Source: Fidelibacterota bacterium (GTDB lineage Bacteria; Fidelibacterota; UBA8477; JABMPR01). From it: a DNA stretch of 64,000 bases. The stretch lies in assembly GCA_013203185.1 (NCBI GenBank), contig JABMOS010000028.1:2292-66291 (forward strand). The letters run 5' to 3'. A program made the translations under genes and the position numbers. The notes beneath the pieces are model-generated. The model saw only the letters and a program-made list of their open reading frames with translations. It was not told where the DNA came from and made no database searches. Positions 27,871-38,066 of the stretch are shown piece after piece (position 1 is the stretch's first letter; every line of letters starts with the position of its first letter).

Positions 27871-28346
27871 TGACTGAACAAGGGAAATCTGGTGAGTTGT
27901 GGATGTGGGGCCTTACGGCCTCAATTGTGGTCTTTATTGCATTCTTTGTGGGATTTGCCATCTGGACCTTCCAGGATGATGTTGAGCTGGTTTATGACAA
28001 CTACTACGAAAAAGATGTGGTTTTTGAACAGCAGATTAAGCGGATTGGCAGAACAGAAGCATTGTCATTTAAACCGACCATAAAATACAGACCAGATAAA
28101 CAGACCCTCCAGTTGAACTACCCCCTGGCCATGGGACACACCCCCACAGAAGGAACAGTTCTGATATTTCGTCCTGCTGACCTCCATGAAGATCGATTAT
28201 TCCCTCTGGATTTAGCTGGTGACAGTCTACAGATAATAAGACTTCCAGATATGCTCCCTGGCCTGTGGAGAGTAAAGCTTAGTTGGACCAGTGGGGGTCA
28301 AGAGTACTATCTGGAAAAACCACTTATGATAAAGGGGAAAAGATAG
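27870..28346 (+). CDS. ccoH: FixH/CcoH-family protein
   Basis: N-terminal TM segment WMWGLTASIVVFIAFFVGFAIW followed by a periplasmic domain. Position is after ccoG. Confidence 0.65.
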   Translation: MTEQGKSGELWMWGLTASIVVFIAFFVGFAIWTFQDDVELVYDNYYEKDVVFEQQIKRIGRTEALSFKPTIKYRPDKQTLQLNYPLAMGHTPTEGTVLIFRPADLHEDRLFPLDLAGDSLQIIRLPDMLPGLWRVKLSWTSGGQEYYLEKPLMIKGKR

Positions 28347-28464
28347 AATGGTTGAGATTTATCAAGACTGAAGGATAGCCTTTGGGAGGATTGTCTCCAA
28401 CAAATAACCCTTGCTGAACATGTAGCTCAAGTTAATTTTTTCCAATTGGTTTAGGAGATATACT

Positions 28465-29517
28465 ATGGGGCTGAAACGCGGGCTCATTCTTACAATTCTT
28501 GGGATGTTTATTCTAACTGCATGCAGCGAAGATCCAGATGTACTATTCTCAAAAGCCGAAACTGAAGCAGCCCTTGGCTCACGCCAAAAGGCTTTGAGTC
28601 TGCTCTTGGTCATTCAACAATCCCACCCCCAGTATACACAAGCATATTTATTTGCTGCACGTCTCTTTTTTGAGGATAATAATCTTACAGATGCAGTCAA
28701 TCAATGCAGACGCGGCTTGGACGCTCAGGCTGACTCATCTCAAATATTAAGATATATCGGAGAGATCTATCATTTGAGCGGCAGCATGGAAAATGCCTAC
28801 CAATATTATCGCATGGCTGTTCAGGCTAATCCAAAGGATGTTGACGCCCGTATCAGTATGGGATATATACTCGATGAAAAAGATTTATACGAGCAAGCCC
28901 TGAGACATTTTGATGAAGCGCTTGAGCTGGATTCAGCCAATTATGAAGCAACAGTTGGTAAGGCGAGGACATTGAGAAATTCTGGCAAGACGGCTGCTGC
29001 AATTGAAATGTTGGAGGAGGCGGTGAAAAGTGAACCCATGTTAGGTGCCGCGTATGGTGCTCTGGCAATGGCACAGGAACAAACCGCCACAAAAGATAAA
29101 GATATCCTGGAAAATTATGCCCTGGCCGTCAAATTGTCAGCCAATGATAAATCCATATGGGATGCTTATGTCGATTTCATGATGAAGGGTCAAGACCAAA
29201 AAGAGGCTGTCAAGGTTCTTCAACAATACGTTTCTCATTTTCCTCAGGTCATCGAAGGAAGACATAGTCTGGCTGAGCTATATATTGATCTGGCCAGATC
29301 TGAAAGTCTCTCCTGGTTGGATGCTGCAAGACAACAATGTGATCAGGCTTTAATAACTGATAAGAATGATCATTACTCCCATGCCTTGCTAGCCAAAATT
29401 TATCTGCTTCAGGAAAAGCCAAGGCTTGCTATTCTTGAAGCACAATTAGCATTTGAAATCAATCCAAATACTGAATATCGGGAATTGGTGGATCAGGCCA
29501 AATTTTTTACGAACTGA
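28465..29517 (+). CDS. TPR-repeat lipoprotein
   Basis: Lipobox LTAC and multiple 34-aa TPR-like repeats (AYLFAARLFF, YYRMAVQANP, and others). Confidence 0.7.
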   Translation: MGLKRGLILTILGMFILTACSEDPDVLFSKAETEAALGSRQKALSLLLVIQQSHPQYTQAYLFAARLFFEDNNLTDAVNQCRRGLDAQADSSQILRYIGEIYHLSGSMENAYQYYRMAVQANPKDVDARISMGYILDEKDLYEQALRHFDEALELDSANYEATVGKARTLRNSGKTAAAIEMLEEAVKSEPMLGAAYGALAMAQEQTATKDKDILENYALAVKLSANDKSIWDAYVDFMMKGQDQKEAVKVLQQYVSHFPQVIEGRHSLAELYIDLARSESLSWLDAARQQCDQALITDKNDHYSHALLAKIYLLQEKPRLAILEAQLAFEINPNTEYRELVDQAKFFTN

Positions 29518-29572
29518 TATTGCTTTCATAAAAGCTTTCCCTGTCGAATCAGACATTTGGAAACTCATTCCA

Positions 29573-29610
29573 AAGCCATCCAAGCCAACACGCTGGGGAT
29601 GGCTTTTTAA
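29573..29610 (+). terminator. Rho-independent terminator after the TPR gene
   Basis: AAGCCATCC-15 nt-GGATGGCTTTTT: a 9-bp perfect stem plus a U-run. Confidence 0.5.
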
Positions 29611-29656
29611 TTAATTCCCCATTGGCAAAAGCCGGGGCTCAAAAACAGGATGTGAT

Positions 29657-30790
29657 ATGCGCAAAAAAGTTGTCGTATTGGGTGCAGGTATGGTTGGAAG
29701 AGCCATGGCCATCGATTTGAGCAAACAACATGATGTGACCTCAGTTGATAGGGATGAAGGTGCTCTGGCACTCCTTGACGGCCATCCAAAACTGAGGTCC
29801 ATCACTGGGGATCTGGCAGACGCTGACACAGTCACAAAGGTAATTGCAGATGCAGATATCGTCGTTGGTGCAGTTCCTGGGTTTATGGGCTTTAAGACCT
29901 TGAGGACCGCCATTGAAGCTGGTAAGAACATTGTGGATATTTCTTTTTTCCCTGAAGACCCTTTTGAGCTGGATGCGCTGGCAAAATCTAAGGGCGTGAT
30001 TGCTGTCATGGATGCCGGGGTTGCTCCTGGGATGAGCAATCTCATTTTAGGATCTTATCAAAGTGAAAAGCAAGTAACAGACTTCACCTGTTATGTTGGC
30101 GGTCTACCCAGGGTACGAACCTGGCCCTACGAATACAAAGCACCTTTTTCACCTATTGATGTGATTGAAGAATACACCCGACCTTCCCGTATCATTGAAA
30201 ATGGTAAAATTATACAGAAAGCAGCCCTTTCAGAGCCTGAACTCATCGACTTCCCTGAAGTAGGAACACTGGAAGCCTTCAACACGGATGGTCTGAGGAG
30301 TTTGGTCCACACCATGAAAATACCCAACATGAAGGAAAAGACGCTGCGCTATCCAGGTCACATTGAACTTATGCGCGTACTCCGCGAAACAGGATTTTTT
30401 GGAGAGCATAAAGTTCAAGTTGGTGATCAAAGCATCAGGCCCATTGATTTGACGACTTCTTTGCTTTTTCCAAAATGGAAACTGGGGGCTGAGGAAGAGG
30501 AATTCACCATTATGAATATCCTCATTGAGGGTCTGGTTGGCCGTAAGAAATTCAAGCATAAATTTGAATTGCTGGATCGTTATGACCCTGAGACCAAAAC
30601 GTCCTCTATGGCCAGAACCACGGGTTATACCTGTACGGCCATTACCCAACTCATATTGGATGGCCAGTACACGCGTAAAGGGATCAGTCCACCTGAGTTT
30701 ATCGGTGTGATAAAGGGCTGCTTGAAGACCGTTTTCGATTATCTCGAGCAGAGAGGTGTTGTCTACAAAAAAAGCATAATAGAGGGCTAA
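29657..30790 (+). CDS. Saccharopine dehydrogenase-family NAD(P)-binding protein
   Basis: MRKKVVVLGAGMVGRAMAIDL Rossmann motif, Sacchrp_dh-like architecture. 377 aa. Confidence 0.75.
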   Translation: MRKKVVVLGAGMVGRAMAIDLSKQHDVTSVDRDEGALALLDGHPKLRSITGDLADADTVTKVIADADIVVGAVPGFMGFKTLRTAIEAGKNIVDISFFPEDPFELDALAKSKGVIAVMDAGVAPGMSNLILGSYQSEKQVTDFTCYVGGLPRVRTWPYEYKAPFSPIDVIEEYTRPSRIIENGKIIQKAALSEPELIDFPEVGTLEAFNTDGLRSLVHTMKIPNMKEKTLRYPGHIELMRVLRETGFFGEHKVQVGDQSIRPIDLTTSLLFPKWKLGAEEEEFTIMNILIEGLVGRKKFKHKFELLDRYDPETKTSSMARTTGYTCTAITQLILDGQYTRKGISPPEFIGVIKGCLKTVFDYLEQRGVVYKKSIIEG

Positions 30791-30799
30791 AGGTCGGTT

Positions 30800-32221
30800 T
30801 TGAAGCTGGCGAAAACCACAAAAGGTTTATCCCTGTGGACATTGGTCATGTTGATCTTTGTTCCCACCTTTGGTTTTAATAATATCACCACCAATGGTGT
30901 GGCCCTGGGACCAGCAGCCGTTCCTTCCTGGATACTAGTTTGCATTTTCTACTTTTTACCCCTCACAGCCATCATCGCAGAGCTGGCATCGGTAAACAAG
31001 AACAAGCGTGGAGGAATCTACAGCTGGATCGCTTACAGTCTGGGGCATCGATGGGCCTTTTTTGGTACGTGGTCATACTTTATTTCAAATTTGTTTTATC
31101 TACAGTTTGTTTTTGCCCGCATTCCAGTCATGGCCTCGTGGGCCCTCTTTGGTGAAAACCGCTTTACAGATGCAAATGTGAGCCTGCTTCCCTATTATTC
31201 CATTTTATTGTGTCTTATGCTGACCTGGATCGCCAGTAGGGGAGTGAAAACATTTTCCAAATTGAGTAACCTGGGTGGAAAGTTGACCTTCGCAGTGACC
31301 GGCGGCTTTATTGTTTTTGCCTTCATTGCATATTTTAGAGGCACTCCTTCTGCAACGGAGTTTTCTGTGGAAAGCATGATGCCAGATTTTTCAACCAGCT
31401 ACTTTGCTACCTTTTCCTGGCTGTTGTTAGCCGTTGCTGGTGCGGAAGTGGCGGGGACCTATATTGATAAAATTGAGAACCCCTTGAGAAATTTCCCTCG
31501 AGGTGTAATCATGGCAACCATGCTGGTGGGGGCTGCTTATATCCTGGGATCCTTAGCCGTGAGCCTGGTGGCTTCTCCAGAGGTATTGTCAGAAGCCGGT
31601 TTGAAAGACGCCATCTTTGTTGTCCATAAACTGTTGGCTGAAAGTTTGGGTATTAATGGAGAGTTGGTTGTGAGACTCCTGGCATTAATTTTCCTGCTGA
31701 CGTCTATGGCGGCCTATGTCGTCTGGATAGAGTCTCCCTTGAGGGCTATGTTTTCAGAAGTACCGGAAGGAACCTTCCCTGAAGTTTTGACTCGAAAAGA
31801 TGCAGAGGGTGGAATGACTCACGCCCTATGGATCCAGGCTGGCGTAGTGATTATTCTTATTGCCATCCCCCTGATCGGACTTGAATCCATAGATTCATTT
31901 TTCCGGTTGATTACTGATTTGACGGCTTTGAGCCTGGTGATACCCTATATGATTTTAGCTGCAGCATATCTTGTATTTAGAATGAATAATGATCCTGGAC
32001 CCTTTACCATGATGCGGTCCAATAGACTGGCTAAATCTGTTGCTACGGGAACACTTATAATAAGTATTGCTGCATTCTTTGGCGCTGGTATAGATTATTA
32101 TGTTGACGCTGAAACAGGCTGGGAGGCTGCAAAAGCAATTATGATGACTTATGGCGGACCTATTGTTCTCATCGCGCTTGGATATGGACTTACCCATTTT
32201 AACAATCCATCTTCGAGCTAG
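30800..32221 (+). CDS. APC-superfamily amino-acid permease
   Basis: TTG start. About 12 TM helices with an APC-family pattern. Adjacent to the saccharopine-dehydrogenase-like gene. Confidence 0.75.
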   Translation: MKLAKTTKGLSLWTLVMLIFVPTFGFNNITTNGVALGPAAVPSWILVCIFYFLPLTAIIAELASVNKNKRGGIYSWIAYSLGHRWAFFGTWSYFISNLFYLQFVFARIPVMASWALFGENRFTDANVSLLPYYSILLCLMLTWIASRGVKTFSKLSNLGGKLTFAVTGGFIVFAFIAYFRGTPSATEFSVESMMPDFSTSYFATFSWLLLAVAGAEVAGTYIDKIENPLRNFPRGVIMATMLVGAAYILGSLAVSLVASPEVLSEAGLKDAIFVVHKLLAESLGINGELVVRLLALIFLLTSMAAYVVWIESPLRAMFSEVPEGTFPEVLTRKDAEGGMTHALWIQAGVVIILIAIPLIGLESIDSFFRLITDLTALSLVIPYMILAAAYLVFRMNNDPGPFTMMRSNRLAKSVATGTLIISIAAFFGAGIDYYVDAETGWEAAKAIMMTYGGPIVLIALGYGLTHFNNPSSS

Positions 32222-32262
32222 TATTGACAATAATTCCGGGGTGATATGATAAAGGAGTTCGT

Positions 32263-33207
32263 ATGAAAAATTTGGTGTTTGGAACGGGTCCCCTGGCCTG
32301 GTGGGTCATGCAAATCTTACTGGAGAAGGGTGACGCAGTGGCCCTGGCCAGTCGCAGCGGCAAAATAAATAAGACCTTGCCAGCCAAAGTTAAAATTCAT
32401 GCCTGTGATGCCACTCAGCCTGATGAGGTGGCCGAAGTCTGCAAGGATATGGATGCAGTCTATTTTTGTGCCATGCCACCTTATACCAATTGGCCTGATC
32501 TTTTTCCGCCTCTTGCTATTGGCTTTCTTAAGGGGATTGCCAAAACCAAGGCAAAGGTGATTTTTGGTGATAATCTTTACTTATATGGACCTACCCAGGG
32601 AACTAAAATTAGTGAAATAGTCGCCCACGATGCAGTGGGTCATAAAGGTCGCACCAGGGAATTTGTCGCTCGTCAGTTTATGGCAGCCCATGAACGGGAG
32701 GATAATCTGGTTACCATCGGACGCACATCCGATTTTTATGGCCCTGAAACACTGAATGCTGTTTTTGGGGAAATGTTTTTCAAGCCTGCTCTGGCTGGAA
32801 AAACCGCCAATCTCCTAGGTGATATTGACCTACCCCACACCTTTAGTTACATCAAGGATTTTGCTAAAGGACTGGTCACCCTAGGCAGTAATGACTCAGC
32901 CTTTGGAGAGGTGTGGCACACGCCTTGTGCGCCAACCGTTTCCACCAGGGAAATGCTCAAGATGATAGAAGCCGAGCTGGATACTAAGGTAAAAGTCCGT
33001 ATAGCCGGTAATACAATGATTTCTCTCCTTGGGATGTTTAGCCCCATGATCAAAGAAACCAAAGAAATGATGTATACCTGGGAAGAAGCATATGTAGTAG
33101 ACCATTCTAAATTTGAAGCAGCCTTTGGATCTGAGGCCACCAGTCATGAGGCGGCCATCAAAGAAACGGTTACCTGGTTCAAAGACTATCTCAAGGTCAA
33201 CAAGTGA
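32263..33207 (+). CDS. NAD-dependent epimerase/dehydratase-family (SDR) protein
   Basis: MKNLVFGTGPLAWWV glycine-rich N-terminus, YxxxK-like region. Confidence 0.65.
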   Translation: MKNLVFGTGPLAWWVMQILLEKGDAVALASRSGKINKTLPAKVKIHACDATQPDEVAEVCKDMDAVYFCAMPPYTNWPDLFPPLAIGFLKGIAKTKAKVIFGDNLYLYGPTQGTKISEIVAHDAVGHKGRTREFVARQFMAAHEREDNLVTIGRTSDFYGPETLNAVFGEMFFKPALAGKTANLLGDIDLPHTFSYIKDFAKGLVTLGSNDSAFGEVWHTPCAPTVSTREMLKMIEAELDTKVKVRIAGNTMISLLGMFSPMIKETKEMMYTWEEAYVVDHSKFEAAFGSEATSHEAAIKETVTWFKDYLKVNK

Positions 33208-33617
33208 AAAAACGGAGTCAGAATCAAATACTGAACTTTCTTCTGTATGCAGGTGCGGTCTACTTTTTTGGGGTAGCGCTGGTACACAGCATGGGTGTGA
33301 AGATTCCAGGATTGTATGTTTACTACAATGTACCATCCTATGCCTATCAGGATAGGATCATTTCTTTCCTGGCTTTTGGGTGGGGTGGCCTCTTCCTTCT
33401 GACGGCAAAAAAGATGGACAAAGAACTCATAAAACTCATTGTATACATAGGCATGATTGCTGTCATTGCCCTGGTACTCAACACACTTGTTACCGATTTC
33501 AAGCAACTCGATCCTGCCATTAGTGGCTCTGACTTCAAGTGGATTCTTGGCGTCCTGATCTTTTACTGGTTAGGTCTGGTCATGCATTCCAGACAATACC
33601 TGTTTAAACACAAGTAA
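33204..33617 (+). CDS. Small 4-TM membrane protein, hypothetical
   Basis: 4-nt overlap with the upstream gene. Four hydrophobic helices. Confidence 0.5.
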   Translation: MKKRSQNQILNFLLYAGAVYFFGVALVHSMGVKIPGLYVYYNVPSYAYQDRIISFLAFGWGGLFLLTAKKMDKELIKLIVYIGMIAVIALVLNTLVTDFKQLDPAISGSDFKWILGVLIFYWLGLVMHSRQYLFKHK

Positions 33618-33674
33618 TGGTCTCAATTTATCAGTTCAATTCTTCTTACATACCGATAAACAGGTGAGCAGCGA

Positions 33675-34193
33675 ATGAAAATCAGACGATCCGCACGAAC
33701 CATAATTGCCACGGTGTTGCTGCTGACTGCTTTTACATCTTTTACTGTATGGCACAATAAAGCCCCAGGGAAACTCTCAGAACAAGCCCAACAAGTATCA
33801 ATAGCAGAACTTGGATTTAAAAACCCTGGGCTCAACCTTTTGACGGATAATTTGAATTCAGTGAATAGCGCTTTGGGTTTTTATGTCATAGGCCCAGACC
33901 CTCAAAACGCCTGGCCGACGTGTCTATACAGAGCTTCCTATTCAGACCCTCTGGCAGGCTTTCGGAGAGTCTCATCTGGTGAAGTGCTTATCAGATATCG
34001 TAGTATTGAAGATTTTCTATTCATTGTGAATGAGGCAGAGAGAAAAACACCAGGCGCTCTGAGTGGTTTGACTTTTCACGGTTTTCGGACCATTCCAGAA
34101 CCTTCTCTATCAATCTCATACAGGTTGTTCTTTTCACTCATAATAGGTGGTGTGGGAGTGATGATGGTGAAGTTTTACAACAGAACAAAATGA
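33675..34193 (+). CDS. Hypothetical exported/membrane protein
   Basis: N-terminal signal/TM segment and a C-terminal hydrophobic segment. No recognisable family. Confidence 0.45.
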   Translation: MKIRRSARTIIATVLLLTAFTSFTVWHNKAPGKLSEQAQQVSIAELGFKNPGLNLLTDNLNSVNSALGFYVIGPDPQNAWPTCLYRASYSDPLAGFRRVSSGEVLIRYRSIEDFLFIVNEAERKTPGALSGLTFHGFRTIPEPSLSISYRLFFSLIIGGVGVMMVKFYNRTK

Positions 34194-34373
34194 TAGGACT
34201 CCTGGGCTTACACCTACTTATGGACAGCGCTTTTCTGTTTCACCTATTGTTATAAAAACGCAAGAAATCCTCAGATCAAAAGGTAGCCAAAACGGCATAA
34301 AAAATGTATGTTGGATGCTCAAATGAATAGCACAAAAAATCTAGAAATATTAACGATAAATTAAGGTGTTAAC

Positions 34374-36293
34374 ATGAAACGTAATCAGATTTTTATTCTG
34401 TTGATTCTCGCTGTTTGCCTGATGTTTTGGTCATGCGGTGGTGGTGATAAACCAGCTGCAGAAACTGCAGGGATTGACAACATGGCAATTGTCAAAGATA
34501 TGACCACCCCCCCTGAAGCAGGTGGATATGGATTTGAGGAGATGTCAGCAGCTTTAGGCTATTCTACTTATGAGATGAAACCTCAGGAGCAGGTCTTTTT
34601 CGGTGACCCCCGCGCCAAAAAAGGAGGCTTGTTTCGTCATATCACAACACGTTTTCCAGCAACCATGCGCACGGAAGGCCAAAATGCCAACTATGTTGAG
34701 AATAACACCATTGCTGGACTTTGCTATGAAGGTCTGATTTCGACTCATCCCCTTACGCTCGAGTTTGTCCCTGCCCTGGCTTCACACTGGAAAGTTTCTG
34801 AAGACAAAATGAAATTCTGGTTCCGCATCAACCCAGATGCCCGCTGGTCAGATGGCCGCGAAGTGATTGCTGCAGATGTTGTGGCAACCTGGGATCTTCA
34901 TATGGATGAAACCATCCTCTCTCCTTCCGATCAATTGGTTTTTGGGAAGTTTGAGCGTCCCATTGCAGAAGGAAAGTACATCGTTTCTGTCGTTGCTAAA
35001 GAGCTAAGCTGGAGAAACTTCCTCTATTTTGGTGGTATGTCCATTCTACCCTCCTACTATTTGAACCAGATTGATGGATCTGAATACCTGAAAGAGTACC
35101 AGTTTAAAATGTTACCAGGAACAGGTCCTTACGAGATCAAGGAAGATGATATTATCAGCCAGGAGTCATTTACCCTAACCAGAAGAACTGATTATTGGGG
35201 GATAGATGATCCAACCAGCAAATACACCTCCAATTTTGACAAGATCAAATTCATTGTTGTAAAAGACAACAACGCCCTGATTTTCGAAAAATTCAAAAAG
35301 GGAGAGGCTGATTTCTATACAGTTGCTGCTGCCAGGGAATGGATTGAAGAAACTGATTTTGAAGCTGTTCAGAAGGGTTGGGTCCAGAAGCACAAAATTT
35401 ATTCTGAAAAACCAGCTGGTACTTCTGGATATGCCTTCAACATGCGAAAATGGCCCTTTGACGATAAGCGGGTCCGCATGGCTTTTGCCTACCTCTATAA
35501 TCGTGAAAAAATGAATGAAGAGATGTATTACAGTGAATACGCCATGATGAATTCATTGTATTCTGGGTCTGTTTATGAAAACCCCAATAATGAAAAAGTT
35601 ATTTATTCTCCTGAAAAAGCTGCAAAACTTCTCGATGAGGCGGGTTACACCTCCCGCAATCAAGAGGGTTGGCTGGTTCACGAAGATGGTCGGGTATTAC
35701 GCTTCGAGCTGGCAATTCAAAAGGGGTTGGACTATATGGTTACACCGGTTCAGCAGATGATGAAGGAGTATGGCATCGATATGCAAATCAAGTATATCGA
35801 TGGAAATGCCAACTGGAAAAACCTCATGGAAAGAAATTACACCATTTATATGCAAAATTGGGGCGGCCTGGTCTTTCCAAATCCAGAAACATCATTGCAC
35901 TCTTCTTTAGCAGACCAGGATAACAATAACAATATCAGTGGGTTTAAAAGCGAGCGAGTTGACGAACTTCTGGAAGAATATGATGTCACCTTTGATCAGG
36001 CAAGACGTGTTGAAATTATCCGTGAGATTGATGGTATCTACTCTGATATCCATCCTGCTGCCTGGGGTATTGCCCGGAATTATCAACGCGTGCTTTTCTG
36101 GGATAAGTTTGGATATCCAGAATATATGGTGGGACGTTACACCGGTGACTATCGTACGGTATTCACCCATTGGTGGTTTGAAGATGAAAAAAAGAAAGCT
36201 CTTGAAGAAGCGATGACCAATGGCACAGATCTCCCCAAGGGTGAGATTGATGTGATGTTCTGGCCAGACTATTTAAAAGCGATGAATAACTAA
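34374..36293 (+). CDS. ABC transporter substrate-binding lipoprotein, family 5 (OppA/DppA-like)
   Basis: Lipobox WSCGG. 639 aa. SBP_bac_5-like pattern. Confidence 0.8.
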   Translation: MKRNQIFILLILAVCLMFWSCGGGDKPAAETAGIDNMAIVKDMTTPPEAGGYGFEEMSAALGYSTYEMKPQEQVFFGDPRAKKGGLFRHITTRFPATMRTEGQNANYVENNTIAGLCYEGLISTHPLTLEFVPALASHWKVSEDKMKFWFRINPDARWSDGREVIAADVVATWDLHMDETILSPSDQLVFGKFERPIAEGKYIVSVVAKELSWRNFLYFGGMSILPSYYLNQIDGSEYLKEYQFKMLPGTGPYEIKEDDIISQESFTLTRRTDYWGIDDPTSKYTSNFDKIKFIVVKDNNALIFEKFKKGEADFYTVAAAREWIEETDFEAVQKGWVQKHKIYSEKPAGTSGYAFNMRKWPFDDKRVRMAFAYLYNREKMNEEMYYSEYAMMNSLYSGSVYENPNNEKVIYSPEKAAKLLDEAGYTSRNQEGWLVHEDGRVLRFELAIQKGLDYMVTPVQQMMKEYGIDMQIKYIDGNANWKNLMERNYTIYMQNWGGLVFPNPETSLHSSLADQDNNNNISGFKSERVDELLEEYDVTFDQARRVEIIREIDGIYSDIHPAAWGIARNYQRVLFWDKFGYPEYMVGRYTGDYRTVFTHWWFEDEKKKALEEAMTNGTDLPKGEIDVMFWPDYLKAMNN

Positions 36294-36327
36294 GAAATAA
36301 AAAGGAATAAGGAAAAACGAAGAAGGG

Positions 36328-36753
36328 TTGCAAAACGTTTTGGAAGAAAAGTACAAAGCCAAACATGCTGATGCACCGACGATTGTCTCGGAACCAGACA
36401 AAGCTTGGGATTTAAAGGCAAGAACGAAAGCCTTTGCGCTCCAGTGTATCAAGCTAGTGGAGGCACTTCCAAATTCTGATACAGGTCGTGTTATAGGAAA
36501 ACAGATATTGAGGTCTTCAACATCTGTTGGTGCAAATTATCGCGCCGCAAGTTTAGCTCAATCTAAAGCATCGTTCATAGCCAAACTGAGTATTGTACTC
36601 GAAGAGGCAGATGAATGCTGTTATTGGCTCGCTTTGATTGTGGAGTCCAAGTTGATGAGCCGAGAAAAAGTGAATGACCTGTATGATGAAGCAGTAGAGC
36701 CTACTAAAATATTTGCAGCTTCTCGGATTAAAGCCAAAAGCAATGGAAACTGA
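36328..36753 (+). CDS. Four-helix-bundle protein (23S rRNA intervening-sequence protein family, TIGR02436-like)
   Basis: 141 aa. AxxLxxxGxxxGKQxxRSxxSVGANYRAAS...EEADECxYWL is typical of this family. Inserted between the SBP and permease genes. Confidence 0.7.
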   Translation: MQNVLEEKYKAKHADAPTIVSEPDKAWDLKARTKAFALQCIKLVEALPNSDTGRVIGKQILRSSTSVGANYRAASLAQSKASFIAKLSIVLEEADECCYWLALIVESKLMSREKVNDLYDEAVEPTKIFAASRIKAKSNGN

Positions 36754-36787
36754 TTTAACCTTCTTCCTTATTACTTATTAATTACAA

Positions 36788-38065
36788 ATGACGACATATT
36801 TTATACGCCGCATTTTACTCATGATCCCCACATTTCTGGGGTCGACCATCCTCATTTTTGTCATTCTTCAGATGGCACCTGGTGGTCCCCTGGAACGAAC
36901 GATTCAGCAATTGCAGGCTGGCGCCATGCAACAGGGAGAATCCGTTGGTAGTGTAGGCGATATTATGGGCGGCGGTAGTTCTGTCCTCCCTGAATCAGCC
37001 TTGCGGGAGTTAAAACGTTTCTATGGCTTTGATAAGCCCATCTATCAACGTTATATGATTTGGCTGGGTATCTGGCCACGGGAAACAAAACATCGTGAAG
37101 TCGAATTCAAGGATGGCGCAATCGAACTTCAAAAGAATGTTGGCCGGGGTAATTATATGACCCTGAAGCTGGAGGGTGAAAAGGTCGGCGTTTACAATAG
37201 CGATGGGACGATTAGCGAAATATGGAAAGCTGCCATTGATAAGGATGCATCAAAAGACGGCAAGCTTCTAGCCACTATCTTTCAATCTGAATTTTCGGGA
37301 ATACTCACAGGGAATCTGGGAACTTCTTACACTTACGACCAGCCAGTAACGGATGTCATGGCTCCCCGGTTTAAAATATCCATGTTCTTTGGTCTAACAG
37401 GGATGTTTCTCTCCTATCTCGTTTGCATTCCCCTGGGTATTCGTAAAGCTTTGAATCATGGATCAGCCTTTGATTTTCTATCCAGTGTGGTCATTTTTGT
37501 TGCCTACTCAATCCCTGGTTTTGCCCTGGGAGGTGTGCTCCTCGTGCTTTTTGGAGGGGGCTCTTTTTGGGATGTCTTCCCTCTCGGCGGTTTTCGATCA
37601 CCTACAGAGGTCTGGGAAACACTTTCGGTATGGGGACAAATCAAGGATCAACTCTGGCATGCGGTTTTACCGATTATAGCCTGGTCTATCGGAAGTTTTG
37701 CAGGGCTAACAGTTCTTATGAAAAATAGCTTATTAGAAAATATCTCTCAGGACTATATCCGAACTGCTTTCGCCAAAGGCTTACAGGAAAAAAGAGTTAT
37801 ATGGGTACATGCCATTCGCAACTCGGTCATTCCCATTGCCTCTGGTATTGGTGGTGTCATTGGCGTGGTAATCGCTGGTTCCTATCTGATTGAGAAAGTA
37901 TTCAATATTGATGGCTTTGGAAAGATGGGTTTCCAGGCCATTCTGGATCGTGATTATCCTATTACATTAGGTTTCCTGGTCATTGTGGTTGTTATCCGCC
38001 TGATTGCCAACATCCTGTCGGATATCGCACTGGCCACCGTTGACCCAAGAATCAGGTTTAGGTAG
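36788..38065 (+). CDS. Peptide ABC transporter permease (OppB/DppB/YejB-like) with an enlarged periplasmic insertion
   Basis: N-terminal TM1 (MIPTFLGSTILIFVILQMAPGGP). A periplasmic insert of about 150 aa. BPD_transp_1 core with the EAA-like region. Confidence 0.85.
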   Translation: MTTYFIRRILLMIPTFLGSTILIFVILQMAPGGPLERTIQQLQAGAMQQGESVGSVGDIMGGGSSVLPESALRELKRFYGFDKPIYQRYMIWLGIWPRETKHREVEFKDGAIELQKNVGRGNYMTLKLEGEKVGVYNSDGTISEIWKAAIDKDASKDGKLLATIFQSEFSGILTGNLGTSYTYDQPVTDVMAPRFKISMFFGLTGMFLSYLVCIPLGIRKALNHGSAFDFLSSVVIFVAYSIPGFALGGVLLVLFGGGSFWDVFPLGGFRSPTEVWETLSVWGQIKDQLWHAVLPIIAWSIGSFAGLTVLMKNSLLENISQDYIRTAFAKGLQEKRVIWVHAIRNSVIPIASGIGGVIGVVIAGSYLIEKVFNIDGFGKMGFQAILDRDYPITLGFLVIVVVIRLIANILSDIALATVDPRIRFR

Positions 38066-38066
38066 A

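Noticed and set aside
36328-36753. Toxin-antitoxin or defence-gene interpretation of the small ORF in the opp operon
   Set aside because: The sequence pattern fits the four-helix-bundle rRNA-IVS protein family. There is no partner gene.
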